The notes: generated from the sequence alone by a model not told the origin. DNA of 47,908 nt from Octopus bimaculoides (GCF_001194135.2 NC_068992.1:38228425-38276332); one strand, 5' to 3'; positions 1-11,733 are shown, numbered from the stretch's first letter. Made by a program: numbers and translations.

Positions 1-289
1 ATTCTATCAGTGTCTTTTGCCGAACCACTAAGTTACGGGGACATAAACACACCAGCATCGGTCGTCAAGCGATGTTGGGGGGACAAACAGAGACATGCAA
101 ACATATACACACACATACATATATATATATACGACGAGCTTCTTTCAGTTTCCGTCTACCAAATCCACTCACAAGGCTTTGGTCGGCCCGAGGCTATAGT
201 AGAAGACACTTGCCCAAGGTGCCACGCAGTGGGACTGAACCCGGAACCATGTGGCTGGTAAGCAAGCTACTTACCACATAGCCACTCCT
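1..289 (-). mobile_element. tRNA-derived SINE (family B), runs off the window start
   Basis: Minus strand begins AGGAGTGGCTATGTGGTAAG (A-box-like) ... GGTTCCGGGTTCAGTCCC (B-box-like) ... GGCACCTTGGGCAAGTGTCTT. Related copies lie at about 2891-3045, 19720-19860 and 40480-40590. Confidence 0.8.
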
Positions 290-544
290 ACACCTATGTT
301 TGGGAATGTTTTTAACTTGGGTCTTATGGTATGCTTGTATATATGTGAGAGTATAGTTTCACTTTAATAGTTTCAATATGAAAATGAAAGTATGAAAGTG
401 AAAGTATTTGAAATTACAGTAGCGACATGTTATTGTTTCACTTTNNNNNNNNNNNNNNNNNNNNNNNNNNNNNNNNNNNNNNNNNNNNNNNNNNNNNNNN
501 NNNNNNNNNNNNNNNNNNNNNNNNNNNNNNNNNNNNNNNNNNNN

Positions 545-2146
545 TAAAATACTTAAAGCAACAGGCGTCAAATACAAAAGCCAAGGTCCATGCAAAAAAA
601 TTTCAAACTTCTTGCCTAATGCAAGCCCAGAGGAATCTGTTATCTCTTACACTATTTCAGTATTACGTCTGTATTGTTATGTGAGATACTGTCCTATATA
701 TTATATATTCCTTATGCTTTCCAAACCGAGTTACAGATTTTGATGTATTCGGTGTCAAAAGATTCAGTATTAATTTGGCTACAAATTAAACTTAATTTCC
801 ATTCACATATTTGCATTTCAAAAATTTAATATAATCTTTTCCATAAATTAACTATCGTAAAAATTTTATACGATGACATCACATTTTCTAAATGTGTGTG
901 TACCTTAAAAGGTATCATCACAACACATACCTTCACTCACTCACTCTATCTCTCTTTCTCACCCTCTTTCTCTCTCACATACACACATGCAAGCACGCAT
1001 GAATGCACACACACACGTCCAGTTCATATAGACATACATACATCTTTCACTCTCTTTCTCTGTTCTTTTTGGTTTCTCTTCTTTTAATTTCTGCTCTCTT
1101 CAAATTTTTATGGATACAACTGCTTACATAAAATAGGGATTAATGTATAATTTCTTTCTATGTTCATAATTATTTGTTTACAACATTGGGAAAAATATGC
1201 CACCAAAGAAAAGATGTAATCTCTCCAGAAACACGTATAAAGCAAGGAGGATTGTAGAAAACCGAAGGTGAGAGTCTGAAGAGAGAAACTAGATGAGATT
1301 TTCTCAAGATCAGCAAATGCATGTTGCAGCACTTAATGCTGGATCATTAAATCAATGTTTTAATGATTAGACAGAGTTCCAATAGACTAGCTCTTAGAAA
1401 CAGACTATGTACAAATTCATTCTTCACAACTCCTGAAGCTGTTTTCAGATATGATCTATCCTATTCTTATAAAGATAATAACTCTGTCCAAATTGGTGTG
1501 CTAAATACAAATTGTCTTTTCTGTAGAGCTGTAAAATTTTCAAACAAAACAAATAGTATGTGATGCGGTCAGGTAACATTGCCAGCACTACCAGCTCCTT
1601 CTCAACCTCTTATGGATCTTCTAGAAGGCATTTCTATCCAGTCAAAGGATTTTCTGAACAATATCAGACAATACAACTCTGCAAATGACATTGTTTGGGG
1701 CATCTAAGAAGATAGATAAACATGAATTTACGACGACGTCAAAGTTCAAGGGCAAGTCTATAACCTCATTGGTTCCCTGATACCCACAAATGAACCACAG
1801 TTCCTCCAAATTTACTTTATGAGTGATGTAGGACAACAAACTCAAGGTGTCAATATTTCAGATGTTGGGTCATGTTAGACACAGTGCCAACTGCTGCAAA
1901 AATGAGTATATCCACTGACAACTTCTCAGTGCATTCAAAAATCACATAACCTCCATAGGTTAGGGCCTGAAATACTCCAAACGGACGCATAGCATGTTAC
2001 TTAGTCGAATTAGCCCACCAATTACTCCACAAATGTTTTGTTGTCAATGCTGCACTTTCCCATATCACCTGCTTCAACATAACTGTAATATATTATATAC
2101 TAACTATGCCATTTTAATCCCGAGCAACGCCAGGTGACTCTGCTAG
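545..2146 (+). mobile_element. Degenerate, internally deleted Helitron; 5' end not visible (probably in or near the N gap 445-544)
   Basis: RepHel coding remnant at about 1435-1850. The 3' end has a decayed hairpin CCCGAGCAACGCCAGG followed by CTAG at 2143-2146. Segment 570-670 resembles 22120-22215 of the second Helitron. Confidence 0.75.
1435..1850 (+). pseudogene. Helitron RepHel N-terminal fragment (stops and frameshifts)
   Basis: Translates to AVFRYDLSYSY..VQIGVLNTNCLFCRAVKF, then GQVTLPALPAPSQPLMDLLEGISIQSKDFLNNIRQYNS, then VKVQGQVYNLIGSLIPTNEPQFLQIYF. These match typical Helitron RepHel motifs (IG.M...C..C.A.KF, GKV.LP, FL.NIR.YNS, QGQVYH.IGSL, FLQIYF). Confidence 0.85.
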
Positions 2147-2858
2147 CATATATATATATATANNNNNNNNNNNNNNNNNNNNNNNNNNNNNNNNNNNNNN
2201 NNNNNNNNNNNNNNNNNNNNNNNNNNNNNNNNNNNNNNNNNNNNNNNNNNNNNNNNNNNNNNNNNNNNNNNNNNNNNNNNNNNNNNNNNNNNNNNNNNNN
2301 NNNNNNNNNNNNNNNNNNNNNNNNNNNNNNNNNNNNNNNNNNNNNNNNNNNNNNNNNNNNNNNNNNNNNNNNNNNNNNNNNNNNNNNNNNNNNNNNNNNN
2401 NNNNNNNNNNNNNNNNNNNNNNNNNNNNNNNNNNNNNNNNNNNNNNNNNNNNNNNNNNNNNNNNNNNNNNNNNNNNNNNNNNNNNNNNNNNNNNNNNNNN
2501 NNNNNNNNNNNNNNNNNNNNNNNNNNNNNNNNNNNNNNNNNNNNNNNNNNNNNNNNNNNNNNNNNNNNNNNNNNNNNNNNNNNNNNNNNNNNNNNNNNNN
2601 NNNNNNNNNNNNNNNNNNNNNNNNNNNNNNNNNNNNNNNNNCAATGTTCTGTTATAAACAAAACCCCCAAAAACACCTGTTTTTATATAAAAAAGCAAGA
2701 TCTCTGTATTTTCACAGAATTATATTTGACAAGTTCGAAAGACAAACGAAAGCGCTAATATATGTATAAAATAAATGAAAGAAGTTCTTCTAAAATTCTA
2801 ACGACTTTTTTTTCAATATTTAATTCTGTACATCACACCTAACACTACACACACACAC

Positions 2859-2890
<32 letters not shown>

Positions 2891-2895
<5 letters not shown>

Positions 2896-3045
2896 GCCCC
2901 TTTCAGTTTTCATCTACCAAATCCACTGACAAGGCTTTGGTCAGCCCGAGGCTATAGTAGAAAACACTTGCCCAAGATACCACAGTGGAACTGAACCTGG
3001 AACCATGTGGTTGGGATGCAAGCTTCTTACTACACAGCCATACCT
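2891..3045 (-). mobile_element. tRNA-derived SINE (family B) fragment
   Basis: Close match to 140-289 (TTTCAGTTT.C.TCTACCAAATCCACT.ACAAGGCTTTGGTC.GCCCGAGGCTATAGTAGAA). Confidence 0.75.
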
Positions 3046-3203
3046 CACTGTATTTTTGTTCCTTCCCAATCCTCTCCGTCAAAGAGTGTAGGATTGAGAC
3101 GTCAAAGACTTTTCCATTCTTCCCAAACATTAAACTAATACACCTGCTTGGTCCTTCACCTGTCTTCATCTTTTGTTTTCAGTAAATTTGAACTATAAAC
3201 TAT

Positions 3204-3481
3204 TGTAGTGTTATGGGCAGTGATGAGCTATGTGGTGCTGATGGAGAGGGATCACAGATGAAGCAGACGGAAGTGAAGAAACCAGAAGGGCTGGCGGAAG
3301 TAGGCAACACGCGGATGCGTGGACAGCAAGCACGTGTGGGCAGTTCGAACAGAGTCAGCGCACGTAGAAGACGTGGTTTGATCTAGAGTGATCGTTTATC
3401 CCGCCACGGTCGACAAGGTAAGGTCGCTGTATTTCTTTCTCCCTTTTGCTTCTTGTTGTCTTTTTCCTCCATCACATCACA
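3204..3481 (+). repeat. 5' LTR of Gypsy element 1
   Basis: Direct repeat of 6522-6798. Manual count is about 22 substitutions and 1 indel in about 278 bp. Confidence 0.92.
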
Positions 3482-3510
3482 AGCTATTTCGGCCCATAAA
3501 AAAAAAAATT

Positions 3511-6430
3511 ATGAGTGTAGTCCGTATTTCTAATGATGTGATTAAACCGTTTTGCGGTGACACGGATGTGGTCGCGTGGTTAAAAAAGATGAAGTTGNNN
3601 NNNNNNNNNNNNNNNNNNNNNNNNNNNNNNNNNNNNNNNNNNNNNNNNNNNNNNNNNNNNNNNNNNNNNNNNNNNNNNNNNNNNNNNNNNNNNNNNNNNN
3701 NNNNNNNNNNNNNNNNNNNNNNNNNNNNNNNNNNNNNNNNNNNNNNNNNNNNNNNNNNNNNNNNNNNNNNNNNNNNNNNNNNNNNNNNNNNNNNNNNNNN
3801 NNNNNNNNNNNNNNNNNNNNNNNNNNNNNNNNNNNNNNNNNNNNNNNNNNNNNNNNNNNNNNNNNNNNNNNNNNNNNNNNNNNNNNNNNNNNNNNNNNNN
3901 NNNNNNNNNNNNNNNNNNNNNNNNNNNNNNNNNNNNNNNNNNNNNNNNNNNNNNNNNNNNNNNNNNNNNNNNNNNNNNNNNNATAACTCAGGCTCGTGTG
4001 CTAGTTTCGTGTTGCAGATCAATGCCGTTGGCGGCAACTGCAACAGCAAAAGGTGGCTGATCAAGGAGTAGTGGAGAGGGGTCGAACAAGGAATGTGTGC
4101 GACCGTTCAAAGGACAGTGTTTCCGGTGTCAGGGCCCGCACATGGTACAGGATTGCAAGTTACCCAAGCCTGAGGTCATTTGCGAATGTCTGCAGGGAAA
4201 CGGTCTAAGGGAGACTACTGCACCAGTGGTCATCCCTTTGGATCAATAGAGGCGCGTTTGTTGCTACCCGTTGTCGACATTCTGGTGGAGGGGAAGATGT
4301 CGCGAGCCCTTGTGGACACGGGCTGTACGATGACCCAGATGACTCCAGGAGTGGTAGAGACATGGCGTGGCCAGAGGTGGACAGTGGAGTGGCACTGGAA
4401 GGGAGAGCCCCTAACGTTGAAAAATAAAGTGGGCTGCTACCAGCATACTTTGAAAGGAGATGCCAGAAGCGAGTTCGAGGGGGAGGGGGAGCGGTGGATT
4501 AAGGAGGGCATATTGATCCCTTGGGAAGAAGAAGTAGAGAGCGGAGTCCTGCCGCTGATGGCGGTGGTACAGCCCACAAAGCATAAGGTCAGACTGGTGC
4601 TTGACTTCTGAGAGCTGAATGACCACATATAATGTCATACAGGCGGCGAGGCCACAGAAGTCTGCGGAGACACCTTGCGAGAGTGGAGGCAGATGACAGG
4701 GGCCTCCACGATCATCGATTTGAAGTCGGCATACCTGCAGGTGCATGTGGCTGAGAGACTGTGCAAGCATCAGCTTGTCAGGTATAAGGGCCAGACGTAC
4801 TGTCTGACCAGGCTGGGGTTTGGGCTAAATTCAGCACCAAAAATTATGGCAACAATTCTCAAGGCCATCCTGGGAAAAGTGGACAGAGTAAAAAGGGCCA
4901 CCAAATCGTACATTGATGACATCCTCGTGGATGAAACCATAATGCCAGCTACGGAGGTCATAGGCCACTTGAAGAATTTCGGACTATCGCCAAGCCACCA
5001 GAGGCCATGGAGGGAGGCGCTGCACTGGGCTTCAAGCTACAGAGAGGCAAGGCCGGTGCATTGGTGTTTCGGCGAGGGAATGAGATCCCCGAACTGGGCA
5101 CCAACGTGAGTAGATGGGAACTGTTCTCGGTGTGTGGGAAGCTGATGGGACACTACCCGGTTGCAGGATGGCCCCGGACAGCATGTAGCTTCATCAAGAG
5201 ACGAGCCGAAGGAGCAAAGTGGAATGACAGAGTAGGGGAGAAAACAACCGACATGATGCAGGAAGTCTTGGTCAGAGTGAGAGCAGAGGATCCAGTGAGG
5301 GGCAGTTGGTATGTTCCCAGATCAAAGAGTGGGATCATTTGGTGTGACACCAGTAGCATCGCAATAGGGATTGTCTTGGAAATGGGAGGCACCGTGGTGG
5401 AAGATGCAGCCTGGCTCAGGAAGATGGATGACTGCAACCATATCAATGTGGCGGAGTTGGATGCCGTGTTGAAGGGGGTGAACCTGGCCTCGAAGTGGAG
5501 GCTGCGCACCATAGAAATTAGGACTGATCAGCCACTGTGCTTGGTTGGGTGACGGCAGTCATCACCAATGAGTGGAGGGTGTGAACCAAGGGGCCGCGGA
5601 GATGTTGGTAAAGCGTCGATTGGGGATACTGCGTGAGCTAACCTCTGAGTTCGATCTGAAGCTGAGCGTGATTTTTGTGCCTTCCGGGTGTACATGAGAC
5701 GGGAAGTATTCCAGTGGACCACAACTGGAAACGACCGGCAGGGGACGTACCTCTCAATAGTTGACTGCGGACTGGGGCAGTTGGACATATGGAGGGAGAT
5801 GAAGACGGGGACTGCAGAGGAAATCGCGAGAGTATTAAATGAGATATTCCTGGAACAAGGCCCCATGGATGAGCTGCTTCTGGATAATGGCACTGCATTT
5901 CACTCAGAGGTGCTGAAAGAAATGCTTGATGGGTGGCAGGTCAGCCGCTTCTTCAGGGCGGCATACCGGCCAAGTGGAAATGGAGTGGTGGAAAGGCATC
6001 ATCGTACCATGAAGACCTTGGCAGAGAGGGGCCACATTTCGCCAATCGAGGCCATATTTTGGTACAATATGCCACCCATGTTAGGACAGGCTGAAGAGTC
6101 GGTGCCACACAGGGCAATATTCAGGTACGAGTGGAGGCATCAATGCGACTCGGGGGAAAAGGAAGAGCACACCATTGTGCAGGTCGGGGAAGAAGTTTGT
6201 GTAAAACTCCCAAATGCACGGTGTACATCACAATGGGGAAAAGGAACAATAACCTCCATCAATTCAAAGAACGTCTCGGTCGATGGTATGCCACGCCATG
6301 TTTTGGATGTGCGGAAGATTGTCAATGCCTCAGAGGATGGAAACAGCAGCAGTGGACAAGATGATGAAGCCAGCGGCAGCGCGCCAGGAACTCCCACAGA
6401 GGGAGCGTCACCCTCCTCCCTGGTTGGTTG
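3511..6430 (+). pseudogene. gag-pol remnant of Gypsy element 1
   Basis: Gag start MSVVRISNDVIKPFCGD; protease ALVDTGC; RT IDLKSAY, LGFGLNSAP and YIDDILV; RNase H WCDTSSIAIG; integrase DNGTAFHS and YRPSGNGVVERHHRT. Several stops and frameshifts, plus a gap at 3598-3982. Confidence 0.92.
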
Positions 6431-6509
6431 ATTATGAAACCAATTAAGGTAGTTCGGGAGCGAGGAGTGAGTGGGAAAGCCAGTTGAGTGATCTGTAGAT
6501 CGGGGGGCG

Positions 6510-6798
6510 TGTGGTGTTACATGTGGTGTTATGGGCTGTGATGAGCTATGTGGTGCTGGTGGAGAGGGATCGCAGATGAAGCAGACGAAAGTGAAGACAC
6601 TGGAAGGGCTGGCGGAAGTCAGCAACATGCGGATGCGTAGACAGCGAGCACGTGCGGGCAGGTCGAACAGAGTCGGCGCACGTAGAAGACTTGGTTTGAT
6701 CTGGAGCGATCGTTTATCCTGCCACGGTCAACAAGGTAAGGTCGCTGTATTTTTTCTCCCTTTTGCTTCTTGTTGTCTTTTTCCTCCATCACACCACA
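6510..6798 (+). repeat. 3' LTR of Gypsy element 1 (first 12 nt duplicated)
   Basis: TGTGGTGTTACA precedes TGTGGTGTTATGGG immediately after the polypurine tract. Ends CACCACA. Confidence 0.9.
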
Positions 6799-6990
6799 AC
6801 CATTTAATTCCAAGATTTATTTATGTTTACCAACTGAATGAATTTAATAAAAACATCTAAATATGAGGCATCATGATAATTGTTCAAACTGAAGTCCTTC
6901 TTGAGCGACACATTTTTCCATTCAAGTCAATACAGAATTACAGACAGTATTTATGGAATTTTGACTTACTGCCAGTTGACTTTTGGTCAA

Positions 6991-7028
<38 letters not shown>

Positions 7029-7977
7029 CAATAAGAAAATGGAGGGGAATAGGTGGTATTCATCAACTTGCAGACATTGTATTGTGTCAATTTACCTGTT
7101 TATTTGTTAACTAAGAGGACAATAATAACAATATACAAACACATGTGACATATAATGTCATATCAGTAATTAAAAAAGGACATCTAGTGACTGAAAATGG
7201 GACAATGATTTACAGCTGTTTCAGTCTAGGGGTGACATGCCTCATTCTATCTATATAACTCCAGTAGGCTGAAGTAATTGATAGATGAAATGGATGAAAT
7301 AGAGGTACATGGATGATTTTCTAGGCTTCTTCAGAGATCTTTTATAAAGTTCATGAGGTTAATTTAAAATATCCAAATATAAACATATAAAAAATCGTAA
7401 AAACTCACATATATATGCATACTTTAACATATATAGATATACATAAATACATATATGTACATTTAAATGTACATACACCAATGAGTCAATTATTATTGTT
7501 ATTATACATGAGAACACATATATATACCCACCCACACATACATACATACATACATACATACACATATGTATACATAAACATTCCCGTACAGACATGTTCC
7601 CTGGCACATACGCATTAGTTGCATTTGGAAAGGAGGACTGGTGCATTGGTTCTTATTATATTTCCAGCATAATGTCCAGATCTATATTTATATCAGAAAC
7701 CTATGGGGTACGTACATGTCAGTCATATTTGTAATAGAGGACTTTATAAAATAGTTTGTGAGAATTGTTACAATGATATCCAGACTTCTATAAACTTGTG
7801 ATGAGTTACTCCATTCATAAGCAGAAAATAATGGACTGCCCTTCACTGACCAAAAAGACGGAGGAGATACAAGAGGAAGAGCCTCAGAAAGAGCAAGGAA
7901 ATAAGGAAGAAGAAAAAAGATCAACAGAAGTAGAGAAGAAAGAAACAAGAGAAAAAGAAAAAAATTAAGCCCCATAA

Positions 7978-8152
7978 CCAACCAACACCCACCTACACGC
8001 AGTAATGTATGATGACTCAAATGAAAAACTGTATAAAGAAGTGTTATCTTTTGAAAACTTTAAAGCAATTGGAACAACGGGTTTTGACAACATTAAGGGA
8101 TGGTACTGTTGCGCATTGTGCTTGGTTGCACAGAAAGAAAAAAATAAGATAT
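7978..8152 (+). pseudogene. Unassigned decayed reading frame, left half (interrupted by Gypsy element 2)
   Basis: Stop-free PTNTHLHAVMYDDSNEKLYKEVLSFENFKAIGTTGFDNIKGWYCCALCLVAQKEKNKI up to the LTR junction. No family recognised. Confidence 0.35.
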
Positions 8153-8598
8153 TGTAGTGGCGTGAAATTATAGCCGCCATTGAGGAAGTACTATTCTACG
8201 CATGTGCAGGGGACTTCACAACCGGAAGACCCTCGAGTTGCACATGCGTAGTAAAACTCGTACTTAAGCAGTTACTTTCATTTTCTCAGCGAGTTGAGCT
8301 CAGACCTACATGACAACACCTCGCTCCTCCACAAAGCACTTTTCACCATGATGCTATTGATGTGATAGCTACTTGCTTCTCGGGCAGGCATCAAGGAAGA
8401 CCTTAACTTACCAATACCAACTAGAATTTAATCAGCGGTTGCTAAGCAGAATGACAGGAATTGTGAAACCAAGCATCATCATAAATAAAACCTTTTTATT
8501 ATATTGTTAATTGTTCTAATGTCTCTTCATTCATAATGCTGTTGAAAGGTGATAGAGAGAGACTAAAGTCTCTATGACAACTATCAAAACTTTTACAC

Positions 8599-8616
8599 TG
8601 GTGACCCCGACGTGAT
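8599..8616 (+). other. Primer-binding site complementary to tRNA-Trp
   Basis: TGGTGACCCCGACGTGAT lies 1 nt after the 5' LTR and is the reverse complement of the metazoan tRNA-Trp(CCA) 3' end ATCACGTCGGGGTCACCA. Confidence 0.85.
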
Positions 8617-9084
8617 GAATACGGAATTATCTCTCATACAACTCGTCAAAAATGAAGAGACGACGAAAAAAAAAAAAAAATTTTGTCACGATGACAACGC
8701 CTGCCTTTCAAAGAAATAAAATCTCCACTTTCTGTCACTCGCGTAAAGAGACGAAGAAAGAATAAGCAATTGCTACGAAGCCGCATAGTGTCAATTCAAT
8801 TGGACTATATAACCTCAACAGAGTGTAACTTGTGTTACTAACAGGACAACTGTATATGACGAACACACACGCATTTAATTTCTCTGTTCTGTCCTGTTTA
8901 TATCTCTCTTGCAGAAAAAAAAAGAAAAAATACATACGAGAAGATCGGTAAAATATTTTTTTTCCCCTGCACGCAGTACAAATAACATGCACTCACACAA
9001 ACAGAAAAAAAAAATACGAAAGCAAACACCATTGTTTCTTTGTTTTACAAAAAAAAATTTTTTTTCTCTCTATCTCTCTCCTAT

Positions 9085-10100
9085 GCACACATGATTCCAC
9101 TATCTTTTCCAAGATTGATCTGGTTCGCGCTTATCACCAGATTCCAGTTAATCCAGAGGACATTCCCAAAACTGCCATCACTCCTTTTGGCTGTTTTGAA
9201 TTTCTTTTTATGAGCTTTGGTCTGCAGAATGCAACAAGCACTTTCCAAAGATTTATAGATGAAGTTTTTTTTGTGGATTTGATATTGTATTCGCTAGTGA
9301 TACAAACGAGAATCATCTCCACCATTTATCGCATCTTTTTCAGTGATTCCGCACATATAATGTGCACTCTGTCTTCTAAAACAGACAAACTCTCTCCTCG
9401 TGTTTTCCGTCACCTGGACTATATTTCAGTCATTTGCCAGGGAAGCAGAGCATCCCTGTTGATGCTCTCACAAGACTCCCTGTCAGTTCTATTTCCTCTC
9501 CTGCAACAATTGATTTACTTGCTATTTCGTAGGACCAACCTCTTTTGTCAACGTTAGATTTAACTTCGCCAAAATTCAACAATTGTAAATTTGCCTATCT
9601 TCCACTCCCTTCATCGAAGGCATCGTATACGCACCACCAGCTACCATCCCGCTTCTAATGGGATGGTGGAGTGTTTTCATAGGCAACTAAAGGCCGCATT
9701 GCACGCCTTGCCCAATCCGCAGTCATGGACTGTATTTCTTCCTGTTGTCCTACTTGGATGCAGGACTGTAGTTAAAGCAGACCTTGGTTTTTCTGCAGCA
9801 GNNNNNNNNNNTTGGATGCAGGACTGTAGTTAAAGCAGACCTTGGTTTTTCTGCAGCAGAATTATTGTATGGTACCACACTGGCATTGCCTGGTACGATG
9901 TTGTTACCAGACAAATTACAACCTCCAAATCCAGTATCCTATGTTACTCGATTACGAGATTTCTCCTTATAAAGGACCCTTTCGTGTGCTCTCTTGCACA
10001 CCCAAATTTTTAAAAATAGACGCTAATGGTCGTACAGAGACTGTGTCTGTTGACCGTCTGAAGAAAGCGTATTTTGATAAAACTACATCTTCTGTTGACA
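9085..10100 (+). pseudogene. pol remnant of Gypsy element 2 (RT plus integrase pieces)
   Basis: [55 protein letters not shown] (RT); IRTTSYHPASNGMVECFHRQLKAAL and AELLYGTTLALPG (integrase). Confidence 0.9.
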
Positions 10101-11055
10101 ATACTGACATACCCCTTTTTCAACCAACGCTTACACCTTTATGATCACCATCACCAACACCTGTGAAAATTCCACCTTCATCGTTGAGAACTACCACAAG
10201 TGAACCCTGTGTCTCTAGGTCTGGCCGTACAGTGCACTGGCCGAAGAAACTCTCCAAGACAATTTATATTTGACTGCATTGTATATTATTGCATTTTTCA
10301 GCATTCCTTTTGTAAAAAAGGCTCAAACTGTGTTTTTTCCCTATTAGTGCTGAACACTCAGACATTTCTTGTGCCACTGCATCAATCATAAGTAAAAAAG
10401 GAACTGCAGTGACGTAAGCACAAAATTTTTTTTGACAGCAAACAACACTTACCAAGCTGAACTTGACTTGTGCTGCTGGAATATTATTTTTCATTCTCTG
10501 TATTAACGAATTGTTTCTTTTTCATTGTATATCTACAGCCGCATCTTGTTTCAGGCTCCTACTACAATCCTTTCCTTATTCGTGCTACGCACTCGGCGGG
10601 GAGCTATTGTAGTGGTGCAAAATTATAGCCGCCATTGAGGAAGTACTATTCTGTGCATGCGCAGGGGACTTCACAACCGGAAGCCCTTCGAGTTGCACAT
10701 GCGTAGTAAAACTCGTACTTAAGCAGTTACTTTTATTTTCTCAGCGAGTTGAGCTCAGACCTTCTACATGACAACACCTCGCTCCTCCACAAAGCACTTT
10801 TCACCATGATGCTATCGATGTGATAGCTACTTGCTTCTCGGACAGGATTCAAGGAAGACTTTAACTTTCCAATACCAACTAGAATATAATCAGCGGCTGC
10901 TAAGCAGAATGACAGAAATTGTGAAACCAAGCATCATCATAAATAAAACCTTTTTATCATGTTGTTAATTGTTCTGATGTCTCTTCATTCATAATGCTGT
11001 TGAAAGGTGATAGAGAGAGACTAAAGTCTCTATGACAACTATCAAACTTTTACAA

Positions 11056-11190
11056 TATAAAAGTGGATATAGTTGTTGGGAGGTGAAATTGGTTTGGGAT
11101 GAATTACCACAGTATTCGACATATGAGGAAATGGTGGAAGAATTTGGACTTGATATTCTAGTGGGAACAAAGTTTAAAAGGTATAAATGA
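11056..11190 (+). pseudogene. Unassigned decayed reading frame, right half
   Basis: Stop-free YKSGYSCWEVKLVWDELPQYSTYEEMVEEFGLDILVGTKFKRYK* starts at the TSD of Gypsy element 2. Confidence 0.35.
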
Positions 11191-11339
11191 AGCTGCTATG
11201 AAGTGGAGCAGAGTGGCTTCATTCCATTTTTCATTTCTTCATACATTGGTTCTAATTTTGTTTTCTTTCTCTGTTTGTATGTCCCCACATGTTGTGTATT
11301 GTCTCCTCTATGTTCACCCTGTGGTGGGTAATAAAAAAA

Positions 11340-11535
11340 TTAGAATCGTTAGCATGTCGTGGAAAATGCTTAGCAGCATTTTTTCTGTCATAAAGACATT
11401 CTGAGTTCAAATTCTGCCGTGGTTGACTTTGTTTTTCATCCTTTCAAGAGCGATAAATTAAGTACCAGTTGAGTACTAGGGTTGATGTAATTAACTTAAC
11501 CCCTCCCCCAAAAGTGCTGGCCTTGTGCTAAAAAT
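11340..11535 (+). mobile_element. SINE family C
   Basis: TTCTGAGTTCAAATTCTGCCG.GGT.GACTTTG..TTTCATCCTTTC....GATAAA.TAAGTACCAGT motif. Related copies at about 13560-13830, 15920-16090(-), 16865-16980(-), 31255-31460 and 42040-42140(-). Confidence 0.7.
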
Positions 11536-11733
11536 TCCATGCTGGAATTCTGGTTTAAGCATCCTGTATAACCTTTCATAACTTTTCTATTTTTACGGAA
11601 GATTTTTGCAAATTTGTCTTCTATACATGGAAAGTCATATGATTATGCAAAACAAATTTTAAAATTTTTTACTCCCCTCCTTATAAATCCTAAAATTTCC
11701 ACTCATTTTATGAATCTTTTTTAATCACTTTAA

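Larger units (their letters stand above)
3204..6798 (+). mobile_element. Ty3/Gypsy LTR retrotransposon (element 1), decayed
   Basis: Paired TG...CA LTRs, near-TSD ACTAT (3199-3203) / ACCAT (6799-6803), purine tract AGATCGGGGGGCG before the 3' LTR, and PR-RT-RH-IN domain order. Confidence 0.95.
8153..11054 (+). mobile_element. Ty3/Gypsy LTR retrotransposon (element 2), heavily internally deleted
   Basis: LTRs at 8153-8597 and 10608-11054 (TG...CA), exact 4-bp TSD ATAT (8149-8152 / 11055-11058), tRNA-Trp PBS, purine-rich CGGCGGGGAG before the 3' LTR, and RT and integrase remnants. Confidence 0.95.

Noticed and set aside
6531-6860. 109-aa ORF starting in the 3' LTR
   Set aside because: It lies within LTR sequence, is not preserved as an ORF in the 5' LTR, and has no recognisable domain.
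9752-9860. ~50-bp direct duplication (TTGGATGCAGGACTGTAGTTAAAGCAGACCTTGG...) in the integrase remnant
   Set aside because: The two copies sit on either side of a 10-N gap, which is a typical unmerged contig overlap rather than biology.
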